Assembly: GCA_003427395.1 (NCBI GenBank)
Contig: BFEA01000012.1
Location: forward strand, 4,875,676 to 4,939,675
DNA from: Chara braunii
Lineage: Eukaryota > Plantae > Charophyceae
Direction: 5' to 3'
Length of the DNA: 64,000 nt
A model generated the notes under the pieces. That model ran no database searches, was not told the DNA's origin, and was given only the letters and a program-made list of their open reading frames with translations. The number at the start of each line of letters is the position of its first letter. Position 1 is the stretch's first letter. The translations under genes and the position numbers were made by a program. This document shows positions 12,085-25,000 of this stretch, piece by piece.

Positions 12085-13801
12085 TCAAATCGTCTCTCTT
12101 ACCTCTTCTCTCGCCACAATTTTTTTCAATCGCGTTCCAGATACCCAATCCTTCCACTCAGTCCCATTCAATTTCTCGATCTCGTACGCTCCGAAGTCTC
12201 CAAACCGTACGATCCGTAGGGACCTAACCACCTCTTATCAAGTTTCCTAGACCACTGTTTTTCCAACGATGAATCGTAAAGAAGCACGACGTCCCCAACT
12301 GCCAGAGGTACTTTCCTCACCCGAGCAGACTGATCCCATCGAGTCTTATCATCCATACGGTTTCTAGCCACTTGATCGGACGCCTCCTGGATCCTTTCCT
12401 CTATCGCTCCTATCTGTCGCGCCCGAATGTCGAGCAATTCCTCAAAGGACAGGTCGAGTTCCATATCCTGGCGCCTCCAAGTTTTAAAAAAACTCTCGAT
12501 AGGGAAGGTGGCGTGTCTTCCGTACCACAGCGTCGTAGGTGCGTACTTGGTGGATCTTTTCACTGTAATGTTATCGACAAAGAATGTTGCCCCAGGTATC
12601 TTGGCCATTTATTAGGCCTGCCTTCGGTCCACTTAACCAGGAGGCTCGTAATGGTACTATGTCCTCTCTCTACGGGAGCATTTGTCTGGGGGTGCGCGGC
12701 CGTGGTGTAGTTAGCTACTACTCCATAACTTGATAACAACTTCTGCACCTCCTGACAAGTAAATTCCGATCCCCTGTCCATTACGAACTCCCTGACGAAA
12801 GGATAACGTAGGTAGTACTCCTCGATGCAGCTAACCAAGACTGAACCGGTCTTGGTACGAAAGGCACGCCCATCTACGAAGCCAGATAGATTATCGCGCA
12901 CATCGAAGATGTAGTTATAGCCATGATCCCCAAGCGACATGAAAAGTAGATCGAGATGCACTACAGCCCCCACTTCTCGCTCTAGCTTTGGATGCAGTGA
13001 CTCTCCTTGTCTTAAACGAGATCTCTCCTGGCAGGGCACGCATGACCGGCAGAACTTCCCAACCATATTCATCATTCCATCCCAGTAGTACAACTCGCTT
13101 ATTTTGGCATAAGTGGCTTGGATCCCTCGATGCCCTCCTGCAATGCCATCATGGAGCGCTGCTACGACGTCAATTTGACGATTCTTGCCACAGACGACTC
13201 TCCTGGGATTCCCTACTTCTCTCCTTACAAAAAGGTGGTCATCCCGCACTAAGTAGCGCTGCAACATCCTCTGAGCCCTATCACTCGCATCCCTGAGCCG
13301 CATTTCGCACGACAGAAGGAGTCCCAGCTCTAGGTAGATCCCATCATACTCTTATGCACGAAAGACCTCCTTAATTTCCCCCTCCTCGAACTCGTCGTCC
13401 TGGCTCTCGGGCACTTCGTCCACATTTCCTGCCGGGTTCAACGAGCCTGACTGGTCGAGGCTTTCCTGCAATAACGTGTTGACGAGGAGATACATTCCTC
13501 CCATCAGGTCCTCATGTCGTTCTACCTGGCCTGGCCCTTCCTCGATCGTCCTTATGTCCTCCACCAGGCTATGCGAGCTGGCCAGCGCTAACTCCATCAT
13601 CCACTGAACATCCTTACTACCCCAGGGATCCTCTTCTTCAAAGGGTTTGAGGACTAGCTCAGCCCTCCGTTCGTACTCACTCGGCGCTTGCCTGATAGGA
13701 TAGCCTATACAGTTCGGTACTCGCGGTGACCACTTGTTGATATGAAGACGGACATCTTCTTCCTGGTCTAGAAATCCATCAATTGGGGGCATATTCTCCA
13801 C
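12085..13801 (-). pseudogene. pol: Linker plus integrase (HHCC, DDE, GPY/F), no chromodomain
   Basis: LHDGIAGGHRG...CRSCVPCQ; HLDLL, MDRGSEF, HPQTNAPVERGH; WLGPY. Confidence 0.93.
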
Positions 13802-13822
13802 CGCCTCTCCTTCCTGGTTATC

Positions 13823-15589
13823 CTAGTTGATACGACTCAGCCCGTCCGCCCGGTTCTTGCTACCAGGAATCCGTTCCAACTCGAAGTTAAACATCCAGAT
13901 GTACGTCAGCCATCTGGCAGCCGTCGGATCCGATGGAACGTAATTCCTCAGAGAGTAGGTCAGGGCGGTCGGGTCCACTCTCAAAATAAACCTCCTGCGG
14001 AAGATGTAGTTCCGGAAGATCCGTAGACAGTGGAGGACAGCAAGGGTCTCCCTTTTGAACTGAGAGTAGTTCCTCTCTGTCGTACAGAGAGTCCGGCTCT
14101 CAAATCGCAAGGGTCTTTCCTTTCCTTCCATGTCTGCCTGAATTAGAACTCCCCCTAAGGCAGTCGGCCCCGCATCCGTTTCGACAATGAAGACTCGTGT
14201 CTTCGTGGCATCATAATCTGGCGCCCCTAATACCAACCCTCCCTCTCGAAACTCCTCCTTCATTCTGGCCACCACCTCTTCTTGCTCTTCACCCCAAACC
14301 CATTCTTGATCCTGACGGACTAGTTTCCTCAGGTGTTCAGTCTTAGCGGCGAAGTTTTTGACGAAGGCCCTCCTAAATCTACACGTACCAAGGAAGCTCC
14401 TGACATCAGTTATTGAGTGGAACGGAACTGGCCACTCAGTAATCTTGTCCGTCTTTTTCACATCCGGCCTTCGGCCCCTCTCGCTGCAGACGAACCCCAA
14501 GATAGTCGCTTCCCTCATGCAATGTCTGGATTTGGCCCCGCTCGCCGTGAGGTTATGCTCCTCGAGCAGGCTCAGGACTTTTTCGAGGTCCTGGATGTGC
14601 TTCCAAACAAAGCGCCTTACCCCTAGCGAGACTTCGTCACTCTCCTTCACTGTCGGCCCCTTCACCGCCAAATCATCGATGTATGGCTGTGTGACATGAG
14701 GGCTGACTGACTGCATAACCCGAATCATGGCCCGTTGGACCATTGCTACCTCGTTGGTCCACCCTTGTGGGGCCACGTTCATGTGGATTAATCCTTGCGG
14801 CGTGTGCATAACCGTCACCGGCCTGTCCGGTGGGTAGACCGGAAACTGATCATATCCTGAGTAAAGGTCTATAAGTGAGATTATAGGCCTTCCAGCACAG
14901 GATTCTGATAGAGTATCCACATTTGGCAGTCCTCCAGCATCCCGTACGGTCACCGCATTCAGCCTCTGCAAATCTTGCACCCACCGCAGCGTCCCGTTAG
15001 GCTTGATGAAACAGAACCACGGGGACGCATACGGCCCACTTGAATAGTCGGCGACGTGCGTACGTATCTTGTTGTCGAGGTAATCCACCACCTTCTTCTC
15101 CTCGTCAGGATTAGGATATCACGCCCCTCGCATGTTCCAAGGCTCGTGTGGCACGGTATGGATGCAGATCATAGGTATTTTGTCCACATCCAGCTTGCCA
15201 CGCTCCTCGTCACTAAACGCATGGGCGTTGTGCCTCCTCTTCATCAACTCCACCATCAATGTCCGCTCCTGAGGCAGTAGGAAGTCGGGCTCCCTTATAA
15301 TCAACTCCCCTTCATTCCCTTCGTTGATACGACATGGTCCTGCTAAAGCACTCTCCCTCATTCGTCGTATCAACCCTCGTTCCCTCTCGTAATATGCTTC
15401 ATCATCCTCTGTAACGAGGACGGGAACCGGGCGACACTTCTTGTCTACCGTCTTGTACCGCCTTTGGGAACCCTGCTTGAGCCATCCCCTAAAAAAGGCC
15501 GACTCACAGATTGCGCCTACGCGGACGCGGGGTTCCTCCTTTCGTCCGGAAGACGATATATCAGCTCCAATCTCCCCCCCTCGGGGCAT
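13823..15589 (-). pseudogene. pol: Reverse transcriptase and RNase H (frameshifted)
   Basis: PYASPW, IDLYSGYDQ, PQGWTN, YIDDL, ETDAG, ERNYSQFKRETLAV, NRADGLSR. Confidence 0.95.
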
Positions 15590-15597
15590 TTTAGGAC

Positions 15598-17166
15598 CTA
15601 CTCCCTCAAGGCTTGGATGACATCCGTATCCGCCATCTCATGTGCGGCCACCAAGTCCATGGCCTTCCCGACGTCCGATAGGCTAAGGAAAAACGCTTTC
15701 ACCTCCTCTTCTCCTTCCGGCTCTGCCCGAAGCCTCCTGCACTCGCCCTCCGACTCTTCGATCGTGAAGGATCCTGGGTTGGGCCGGTTCCTTATACTCC
15801 TTGGTCTTGTGTTTCTGCAGGTAATTATTTCGTAATTCCCGCAGGCAGGGTCGCATAGGAGGAGAATTAACGTCCCATCATGCTTATTGAACATCACGGT
15901 CTCCGTCCTACTCAGGAATGACCTCCCTAGGAGGATTCCGTGATCCACGTCTGGCATAATGAAGAAACAAGCCCGGGCCTTCACCTTTCCAACCTCAATG
16001 AGTACATTCAAGGCTGTCCCACAAAATACGGCCTTGCAGCTGGCTCCGTGGAGAATACCGCAGTCAGAACGGTCTATATCTAGCCCGAATCTGATCGCGT
16101 CCTCCTCTCGGATAATGTTCATCTCCGCCCCAGTGTCCACCATTGCTGCGCACTTGGAACCCTTCACCACCAAATTCACCGTGCCGCAGGCTACACACTT
16201 CCAGTCCATTTTCGTACCCGACTCCGCCCACTCAGCCTCCTTGGGCAGGATCGTACCCAGATGGACATTGGGCACCAGGCACCGCGACAATCTCCCCTTT
16301 AGTTCATCGCGGAGCCGCGGGGCCGACGATAGGATTTCCTTCAGGGTCATGAGGTCATTATGCCCTTCCAGTAGCCGGTCGATCACTTTCTCTACGTCAA
16401 ATCCCTCTTCCAACCGAACCGCGTACTTCTTCCTTTTGGGTGGTCCGTCACATATGACCAACTCGGCCTCTCCCCTGGTCCCCTTTTTCCTTGCCCGCTG
16501 CTCCGCTCTCTGATCCTCTTCTCGACGCAGCCTCTCGTCTTCTTCCTCTTCATCATCGTCATCCTCTACTTTCACTGCCTCTTTCCTTTTTCCCGGTTCG
16601 GGCTCCCTTCTCGGAGGTTCTTGGTTGGCACTGGCCTTGGCTTGACTTCTCGTTTGTGTTGCCTGTGCAAGCCGGGCCTGCGGAGTGAGGGGTCTCCCCA
16701 TCATTCCCGATTGTGGGCACGACCCCACCACATTTACTCCGGGTCGCCCAGGCGCTGACTCCGGGCCGGAGTCATAGAGGAACACCGTGGGGATGCTAGA
16801 CCTCCATCTCTTTACTTCGTCGCAGAGGTCTACCAACTTCTGCTGGTACCTTCCCACCTTGTTCAGTAGGTCCTCCATCTTCCCCAATAAAACGGATGGC
16901 GATTCCATCCTTCTTTCCTCGTCTTCATCATCCGATTCGATGATTATGGACTCTTCCCTCCTACTTCCTCCACGTGTTCCTTGAGTCACTTCCTCGTCGC
17001 TCCCCACTTCCTCTACCCCAATCGGTGGTTCCTCCTTTTCCTGCCATAGCCTGAACGTGGCAGGGGGTGGCGGCCCGACTGCCGCCCTTCGTTGGGCTTC
17101 CGCTCTCACTCCTCCAAGCCTTCTGTCAATGGCCTCCCCAAACTGATTGTTAAAGTTCCCATCCAT
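15598..17166 (-). pseudogene. pol: pol N-terminal part with aspartic protease
   Basis: AMVDTGAEMNII active-site motif and ILLGRSFL motif. Confidence 0.9.
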
Positions 17167-17199
17167 GGTGGAGGAGATCAGCCCGCTCCTCTCGTCTTC

Positions 17200-18615
17200 C
17201 TATCTTATGTTACAGAACCTTATGGTGTGGCCTTGCTGGTCACAATGTTGGAAGATGGCCGTCCTCCAGTCAAAACGGGGGTTTCCCATACCCCTGACTT
17301 CCCTGATCCCCCTGGCCTTGATACCCCTGGCCTGGGTACCCTTGGCCTTGATTCCCCTGGCCTTGGTTTCCTCGGCCTTGACTATTCCATTGCCCTCCTC
17401 TTCCGCCGCCATTCCTGCCTCGTCCCGTTCCTCCACCCCTCCATCCGTTGCCTTGATTGCCCTGCCCCTGGTTCCCACCTCCAGCCACGCTTCCCTGTGA
17501 ACAGGGAGCAGGTGACGGCGGCGGGGCCACAAGCTGGGCCTGGGCTGCGGGGTAGATGGGTGGCGGCATACTCATTTGTGGTCCGGCTACTGGCGGCGGG
17601 CTACCCCATGGCACAATTGCATTGATCACCGGCCAGGGCCACTGTCCGTAGGAGGGTGCCCCTTCTTGCGAGGGGCCCGCACTAGACGAGGGCGCCGCCA
17701 CACTTGGAGGAGCCGCCGCCACCGCCTGAGGCGCCTGCGCTTTTCCTGATCCCTGTCCGCCCTGCGCCAAATTACGCACTTTGCGCTAGGCCTTCGTCAG
17801 GCGTTGCGGCACCGACTCTTCCTTTTCCCAGAGCTCCTCCTGAACAGCCCCCTCTATCATCGGCTCCGTTCCTTTCACTTGGACAGCCGTTACTACCCTC
17901 CTTTGCACCACCGGCTCTGTCGCATACCCCAGCTGTACCAATACGTCTGTAACAATCCTTGTTACCCCCGGGCTCCCAGAAGTTGTCGCATCTCTTTCCT
18001 TTCTCTTCTGCCTTTGCAGCCGTACCTGACATTGCTCCACCTGGTCCAAACATCCAACTTCCACCCCTCTGTCAATAGTGGCCCAGGTGAGCTTGGTGCT
18101 ACCTCCTCCAAGCCTCGTCAACTCGACGGCCTCCGATGCCATGAGTAGCCCCAGGAAGATGGCGCACTGTGCTTCCTCTGAAATCCCATGGACCTTCCGC
18201 GCCCTCTTCTTAAATTTTTGAACAAAAGCCCCTATCGTCGTAAAACCCTCTTTGCTCATTGCCTCGAGGTCCGCAGTGGTCAACAGTCCATCTCCCAGGC
18301 GGTACTTCCTCTGCATTCCCTCCTTGAATCTTTCCCAGCAACCTTGGGCTAAATCTATAACTTTCTTCACTTTTTGGTGGTAGCTGTGGAGAACGTACTG
18401 GAGAATGAGCTGAAATTTTACAACATCCGACCGCCCGACCAGAGCTTGTTCCACCCGCTCCAGCCATTCTGAGACTCTCTCCCTACAAAAATGGAAGGTA
18501 TCGCGACCTTGGGGATATTGCTCGGATTTCTTTCATGCCTGTCAATAGCCGCGATAAGGTCATCGAGCGTCAGGCCTTTCTTGGGAGCACCTGACGCGTC
18601 GCCGCCCTGCGACAT
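17200..18615 (-). pseudogene. gag: gag (frameshifted): capsid-like region, GNQGQG low-complexity repeat, degenerate zinc knuckle
   Basis: ORFs 18418-18615, 17786-18454, 17270-17779, 17200-17532; FQHCDQQGHTIRFC knuckle; candidate splice acceptor 27 nt before the ATG. Confidence 0.85.
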
Positions 18616-19059
18616 CTTGACAGACTCTTCTCCTCAAACTCCCTGATAAGAGAAAAACAAGCACACCCCTTTATTCAGCATTACACTTTGTCCGGTCTAT
18701 TCCTTCCACTCTACCTAACCTTTACCGCATACTTTACCCAATGCTAACATGATCGTCCTTCATACTTCCCCTAACTCAGGTAGGTAAACTTCCTCACCTA
18801 TACTTAGTCACTCNNNNNNNNNNNNNNNNNNNNNNNNNNNNNNNNNNNNNNNNNNNNNNNNNNNNNNNNNNNNNNNNNNNNNNNNNNNNNNNNNNNNNNN
18901 NNNNNNNNNNNNNNNNNNNNNNNNNNNNNNNNNNNNNNNNNNNNNNNNNNNNNNNNNNNNNNNNNNNNNNNNNNNNNNNNNNNNNNNNNNNNNNNNNNNN
19001 NTATTCACTTCTCATACCCGGATGTCGTTCCACCAGGGACAACGGTAGGCTTTCTGTTA

Positions 19060-19077
19060 TCCCCGGCAACGGCGCCA
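19060..19077 (-). promoter_or_regulatory. Primer binding site, tRNA-Asp(GUC)
   Basis: Minus strand TGGCGCCGTTGCCGGGGA, 18-nt complement of the plant tRNA-Asp 3' end, next to the LTR terminal CA. Confidence 0.93.
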
Positions 19078-19079
19078 CC

Positions 19080-22000
19080 TGTCGAGCGCATCGGTCCGGC
19101 ACCTCATAGGGCAGCACGGGACCCTCCCGGCCGCGTCACGCAGGAGTTTGTCTTAATCCTCGTCGTGAATATACATGGAGCCTCTGCAAGCCGCTCCGAC
19201 CGAGTGCGCCAGCCATACCTCTCGCGAGCCCCTACGACAGGATAGGGCCTACGCGAGGCACGACTTACCTCCACCTTACGGGAGCTGTCACCTCCCTTCG
19301 GTGGGCGTACCCCTGCCGAGCTACCAGTCCACATTACGAAAGCTAATCAGTTGCAATCGCAGAGGTGGACCAGCCGAGGGCGTTTCTCGTTCGTTGTAGC
19401 ATAGGGGGTACGCGCGGTAATACACCTCTATCGGACCCGCACTCGAACCGCCATCTTGGGGGGCTGAAGTCCCAAGCGCGGCCTGTCGTTGGTCGACTAG
19501 GACGTATCCCACACACCACGCGCACACCACTTTACGAACACAAAATTAAAACACACACACACACACGGAACAACACAACACAAACAACGCGACAACTCTC
19601 CTAGCCCCTCGGTAGCCAACCCGTAACTTTCCGGTGCGGAAAACAAATCAGCGTCGCGCGCGAGACTTAGTATAAAACCGCGCGGACGCAGGGCCTACTC
19701 ATATCGACTCGCAATGCAGGCGTACGCAAGCAGTCGCAATGATGGCGTACTATGTACTGCCCATAATCAAGAGGTCCCTCGTGGATCCGAGTACCGCTTA
19801 TGACACTCAAGTGTCAGACTCGAAGTGTCGTGAGGGTCTAATTCTTCACGACATTGCACGGCTGAAGGAATCGTTGTGCAGCCGCCGCGAGACCTCCGGC
19901 CTTTGGTCTGAGTGTCTCGGTAGGCAAGGCAAATAGGCTCTGCACGAGGGAAAATCCCTCCTCTGCAGAGCCTAGGGCTTGGGATGTCCTGGACAAGGAC
20001 CTCGAATCCCGGCCCAGGATCAACGTCCGACTAAGAAAAATTATCAAGAAGCAAAGCAAAATAAACGAAGGAGTCCTCCCTGGGCCTCTCAGTCTTACCC
20101 TCTGAAGTATGCTCTTTGTACGGAGCCCATTAATCCATACAGACATTCACCCTACGCACACCCATGTATATATATATATATAAAGGAGAAAGTATGTGAC
20201 GATCACTTCTCACAGTGTCATTGGGGTCTCTCACAGTCATACGTATATATGTGATCGCAGGCAACCAAATCCAGAATCTGATTCATAGCACATACCTGCA
20301 AATCACATCAACGAGTCAATCGACAGCCCACGCACTACACGGAGTCAACCCCAACTATCTTTAACACTCATACCCCTTGCTTTAGCCATGCAAGCCCCAA
20401 CCTCCTGTCCAACCAACCTTAATTAAATACTCAGTACCTTTCTCAAATGGTCATTCAATAAAAGTCCGGGTGAAACCATAACGAAACAATGAAATCACCA
20501 GGGCTAAAGCCTTTTAGGTTGAGTGTGGAGGGTGAATTGGAATTGAGTCGTAAACCGACGAATCGACAACCGACCTGTTATCAGCGATAACATATGATGA
20601 TCCTCAAGGGATCGAGCTGAGTCTAATCCTGAACTAGAGTCGGACGATCAAGAGGACCTGTAACACATGACAGGTCAATGACCCATTCTAAACCTATAAG
20701 TTCATGAAGAACAATCTCCATATCGTGATCTTACCCAAATCATCTTAGTTAACCATGTCTAAGCCTACCTCTAAACAATATGGTAGTCTTTACTTAGTCA
20801 GAGTGGACAATCAAAATCGTCACCTGTCAAAATATAATCGATCTCTTCTAAACTCAGAAAATTTCGGCAGCGTTTCCCGTAGGAAAAGTATCTTTCCAGA
20901 ATTTATATAAGTCCAGATATGAAAGGCAGAAATAATTTCTAACTCCAAAGAGTCAAACTTATGTCTAACTTCTTGAAATAGCATAAATTTGGGCAGCATT
21001 CCCTTTAGAAAGGGAGACTTTCCAGATTTATACTAAGTTAGAAAGCAGAAATAATTCCTAGTTTTGGAAAGTCAAACTTTGTCTAATTTCCTGAAAAAGC
21101 AGAAATTTAGGCAGCACTTTCTTTAGAAATGGAGGCTTTCGAGATTTATACTAAGTCCGATATGATCTCGAAAGATAGTTCGAGTTCGACTTTAGACAAA
21201 ATTTAATCAATTTCTTAGTTTTGTAAAAATTTNGGNACCACCCCTCTACAAAAGTGTTATGCCAAAATTTTCACAAGGCTACGTCCATAATTTGAAAGTA
21301 ACTTTTGACTTCCCAAAGTCTAATTTTGTCTAACTCCCTGAATTAGCAAAAATTTGGGCAGCACTCCCTCTAGAAAGGGAGACTTCCCAGTTTTTAACTA
21401 AGTCAGATACGAAAAAGGACAAAGTTGATCTTTTGACAAGTCAAAATTCAACTAACTCCTTGGATCTGTAGAAATTTCGGCAACGCTTCCCGTAGGGAAA
21501 GTAGCTTGCCAAAATTTATACAAAGCCAAGTATAAGAAAAGATCTCAGAAAATGCAAGAATTGACCTAAGTAAAAAAAAAAAATATAGAAAATGCAGGAA
21601 TTGACACTAACTCCTATGGCTCTAACACGTGGCGAGCAACTAAAACAACTACCTATCAATCTGAAACTCATACTAAGTAGTGGCCTCACTCAGTCACATG
21701 CAAGCCAAACCACAAGGGTAAGTACTCTCACCATCCCAAAGTCAACCTGAACAAACAATAGTTTATGATCTCTCAATGATTCAACCCTTTATACCCGACT
21801 TACATAAGGCATAGGTCAGGCCGCCTGAACTTACAGAACAACTCAACTTAGCCAGGCCTAGAGTCAGAATACCTAAACTTATAGAGCGTTCTGACTTGGT
21901 CAAATATACACAAACAGAGGGCACAACTACTTTTCTCTTCTTTGGGCACATGATTAGACCACTCTAGTCGCCCTAGACTGTTTGAAGTATCCAAGTTATA

Positions 22001-25000
22001 TATACTTATCTTTACCTTTGTCTTCTAACGCTGCATATGACTGAACTAACTGAAGTTCGGCCTGCCCCAGTTTACCATCCATTTTATTCTTAGTTGTACT
22101 TTCTTCAAGTTGTGATACGGCTATAGTCAGACCACCTAAACTTATAGAACAGTCTGATTAGCTCGTTCTTAGATAGAGTAGTAATAAAGTATAGCCAAGT
22201 TATAACCATTGGGTTCCAGCATGTGCGAGGCTTTGAGCCAGACCCCCTGAACTTACAGAAGGGTCTTAACTCTTAGCCAGATTCGTTTCTATCTGAGCCA
22301 TTATGTGTGTGGCATCGAGTCAAACCCCCTGAACTTACAGAAGGGTCTGCCTCTTTACCAAGATTAATTCTTCAGAATAAAGAGCAGAAAGAGACTAAGC
22401 CACCCGACCTTACAGAACAGCTCGGTCTCCTCGTTCAGAAACCAAAGAAACAAGTAAAATCCCAATGAAAACAAAGCAACTCAAAGCACCAAAACTTATT
22501 GAGCGCCTTGAGTCCCTGAAGATCAAGCACAATCAAAACCCCTCACAAGTCAGAGCAGTCAGGCCACCTGAACTTATAGAACAGCCTGACCCTCCATACA
22601 AACCATAGCACTAGGTCTCACCAAACTTATGGGGACATCCCAGCCTTCAGAGTAATCAGACCCCCTAAACTTATTGAAGAGTCTGACTTCTCCATGCACA
22701 ACCAAAATAAAACAAAGCGCTGGGGTTCCCCAAACTTATGGGGACTCCCCAGCCTTAACGACCCGGTCAATCGTCACACAAAACAAAACCCCATCCTGCC
22801 TTTCCCCAGATGCAGTTCCTTCTAACAATTTGATTTCATGCAGTCAACAAAGCCGAAACTGAAACTTGAACAGACATTCCTTTACGTAGTCTTGTTCAGT
22901 GTCCTGAAAGTCAAACCAAAAATAAAGTAAGGTTGCACGTCATATATTCAATCAGCGATGCAATTAGAGATATAGATAGGGGTTATAATCAGGGTTTATA
23001 GAGGGAAACACAAAAGTTACCTGTTAATTCCCTGCCTCCAGAGCCTCGCCTAGGCTCCGGCAGAGCTCCCGCAATCGGTGGGTGGACTCCCCACATAGTC
23101 TTGATGCGGTCCTACGGGTTGCAATCCCGCCTGCCGCCTTCTCCTCATAACAAAGACTTGACTTGAAGTAAGAATGATAGAAGAAGGAAGTTTAAGACTC
23201 TCAGATGCCAGAGCGGTGCTCTCAAGCTCACTGAAGAGGTCCTTGATATCTTGATTCGCCTGAGGGCCTTGCAATGGCAGCCAATGTGACAACTTGGTCA
23301 ACTCTCTGGGTCAACCTACTGAAGTCAAACTTCTGCTGACTCCTCAGACTTCTGCCCTACCCTTCTTCTTTGCCCAATTTGATCACCTTTCTGGATTTCA
23401 ACAATCCTCCTCATTCTACCCGTGGCCACACAGCTCCTTTCAACAACCCTTTAGACGCAGCAGCGGTAGGCGGCGGGGGTCAACAACAATAACAAGCAGT
23501 AGTGGCCAGCGCAACGGCAGCTGCACACAGTTGGCCGTACAATGCTGCAGCCAACCTTAGTCTATCAGCAACAGTGGCGGCAAGTAGCGGCCGTAGCAGT
23601 AGTCCGTGCGGATACACAGTTCCCGTAGTGAGATGGCCTAGCAAGGCAATGTACACCGCAGCAGCTCCGGTAGCAAGGCGCAGTACGTTCAATAGGACAT
23701 CGTTGTACAACAGACACAGTGCTTTAGCAAACGACACCCGAACTCAGCAATACTGCACATCATAGTAGAACTGGGCACATCGGCGACATAGTACTGTTCC
23801 AATAACAAAATTAGCCTCCGGAAGGGAGCCAGCAACAGTGCTTCTAACCAACTGATGGGCGATAAGGCAGCAAAGCAACTAGACGGAGGGCAGCACCAGC
23901 AGTGTGACCACAGCATATGTCGAACAGAACAACTTGCAGGGAACCACATGCGCACCAAGCAGGCCAGGCAGTGGCAGGGTGCAGACGAGGCAGCCCGCAC
24001 ATCAACACAGCGCAAGGCAGCACAGTCAACTCACGTCGCTGTTGAACCCGTAGACTTCCCTTCACTACCCAGTTTAAACAGGGCGGGCAGCACATCACCC
24101 CCATAGCTTGCATCAGCGGGGTGCAGTGAGACACAGCAACACTTAACAATGCGCAGCGCAAAAACTCAATTGCACACGTAGCAAAGACCTCAGGCTCAAA
24201 GCACGGCGCGTATAGCCACCGCAACAGCACCCCGTTCTCAGCAAGGTATACCGGAAGACCAACAAGACCAGCACCTTGACTCAGCAAAAAGCACGGCAGA
24301 TGCCACCCACGGCTTCCCTGCAGCTCTCCCGTTCTACGACTAGGCAACAGTTAGACGAACTTGCCGTTAAAACCAAGCCAATTCCATCCTCCGTGTAACG
24401 GCCCGTTGGAAGCTGCCTCCTCCCCGCTTGGGGATGGATCTCTCGCTGAGATCGGGCCAGAGGCACACTGTAGAAGTCGCCCTGTTCTTTCCGCTTGTCA
24501 GGTACGTACCTCCCACCTCGTCTTTTTTTTTTCTTCTACGTATCCGACGTAGAGACCCCGCCAGATTCACTCCCCTCTCAGAGGGGTGTGCGGCACAACT
24601 CCCGAGAGGTAAAACCTCGATCTCCCTCTTTCTCCTCCCTCCCCGTTTGCTGCTCGTCAAAGCTCCCCCAGCGCTCAACGGTATCCTGGCCAAGAGGTAA
24701 ATCTCCAACCCTCGATGCACCGCTACACTACTCCCGTCAATAGGATAAGCAAAATCGAATGAATCTACCGCTGGATTACGGATAGGTTCATTATCTCAAA
24801 TTAGCATTCCCCCCCTCTGCGCACTTTCTTTCTCATCTAAACTCTGAATCTACTAACCCAATAACAGAACTGCCCTCACCATACTATTCGCCCTAGACTA
24901 AGACCTTAACGTAGAGTTCCCCTTTGTCGAAATCGGTCAAGGAATCGGTCGTTTCGACAATTTTCCTCCTTCTCCCGCCATAGTCACTATGCAATGCTTT

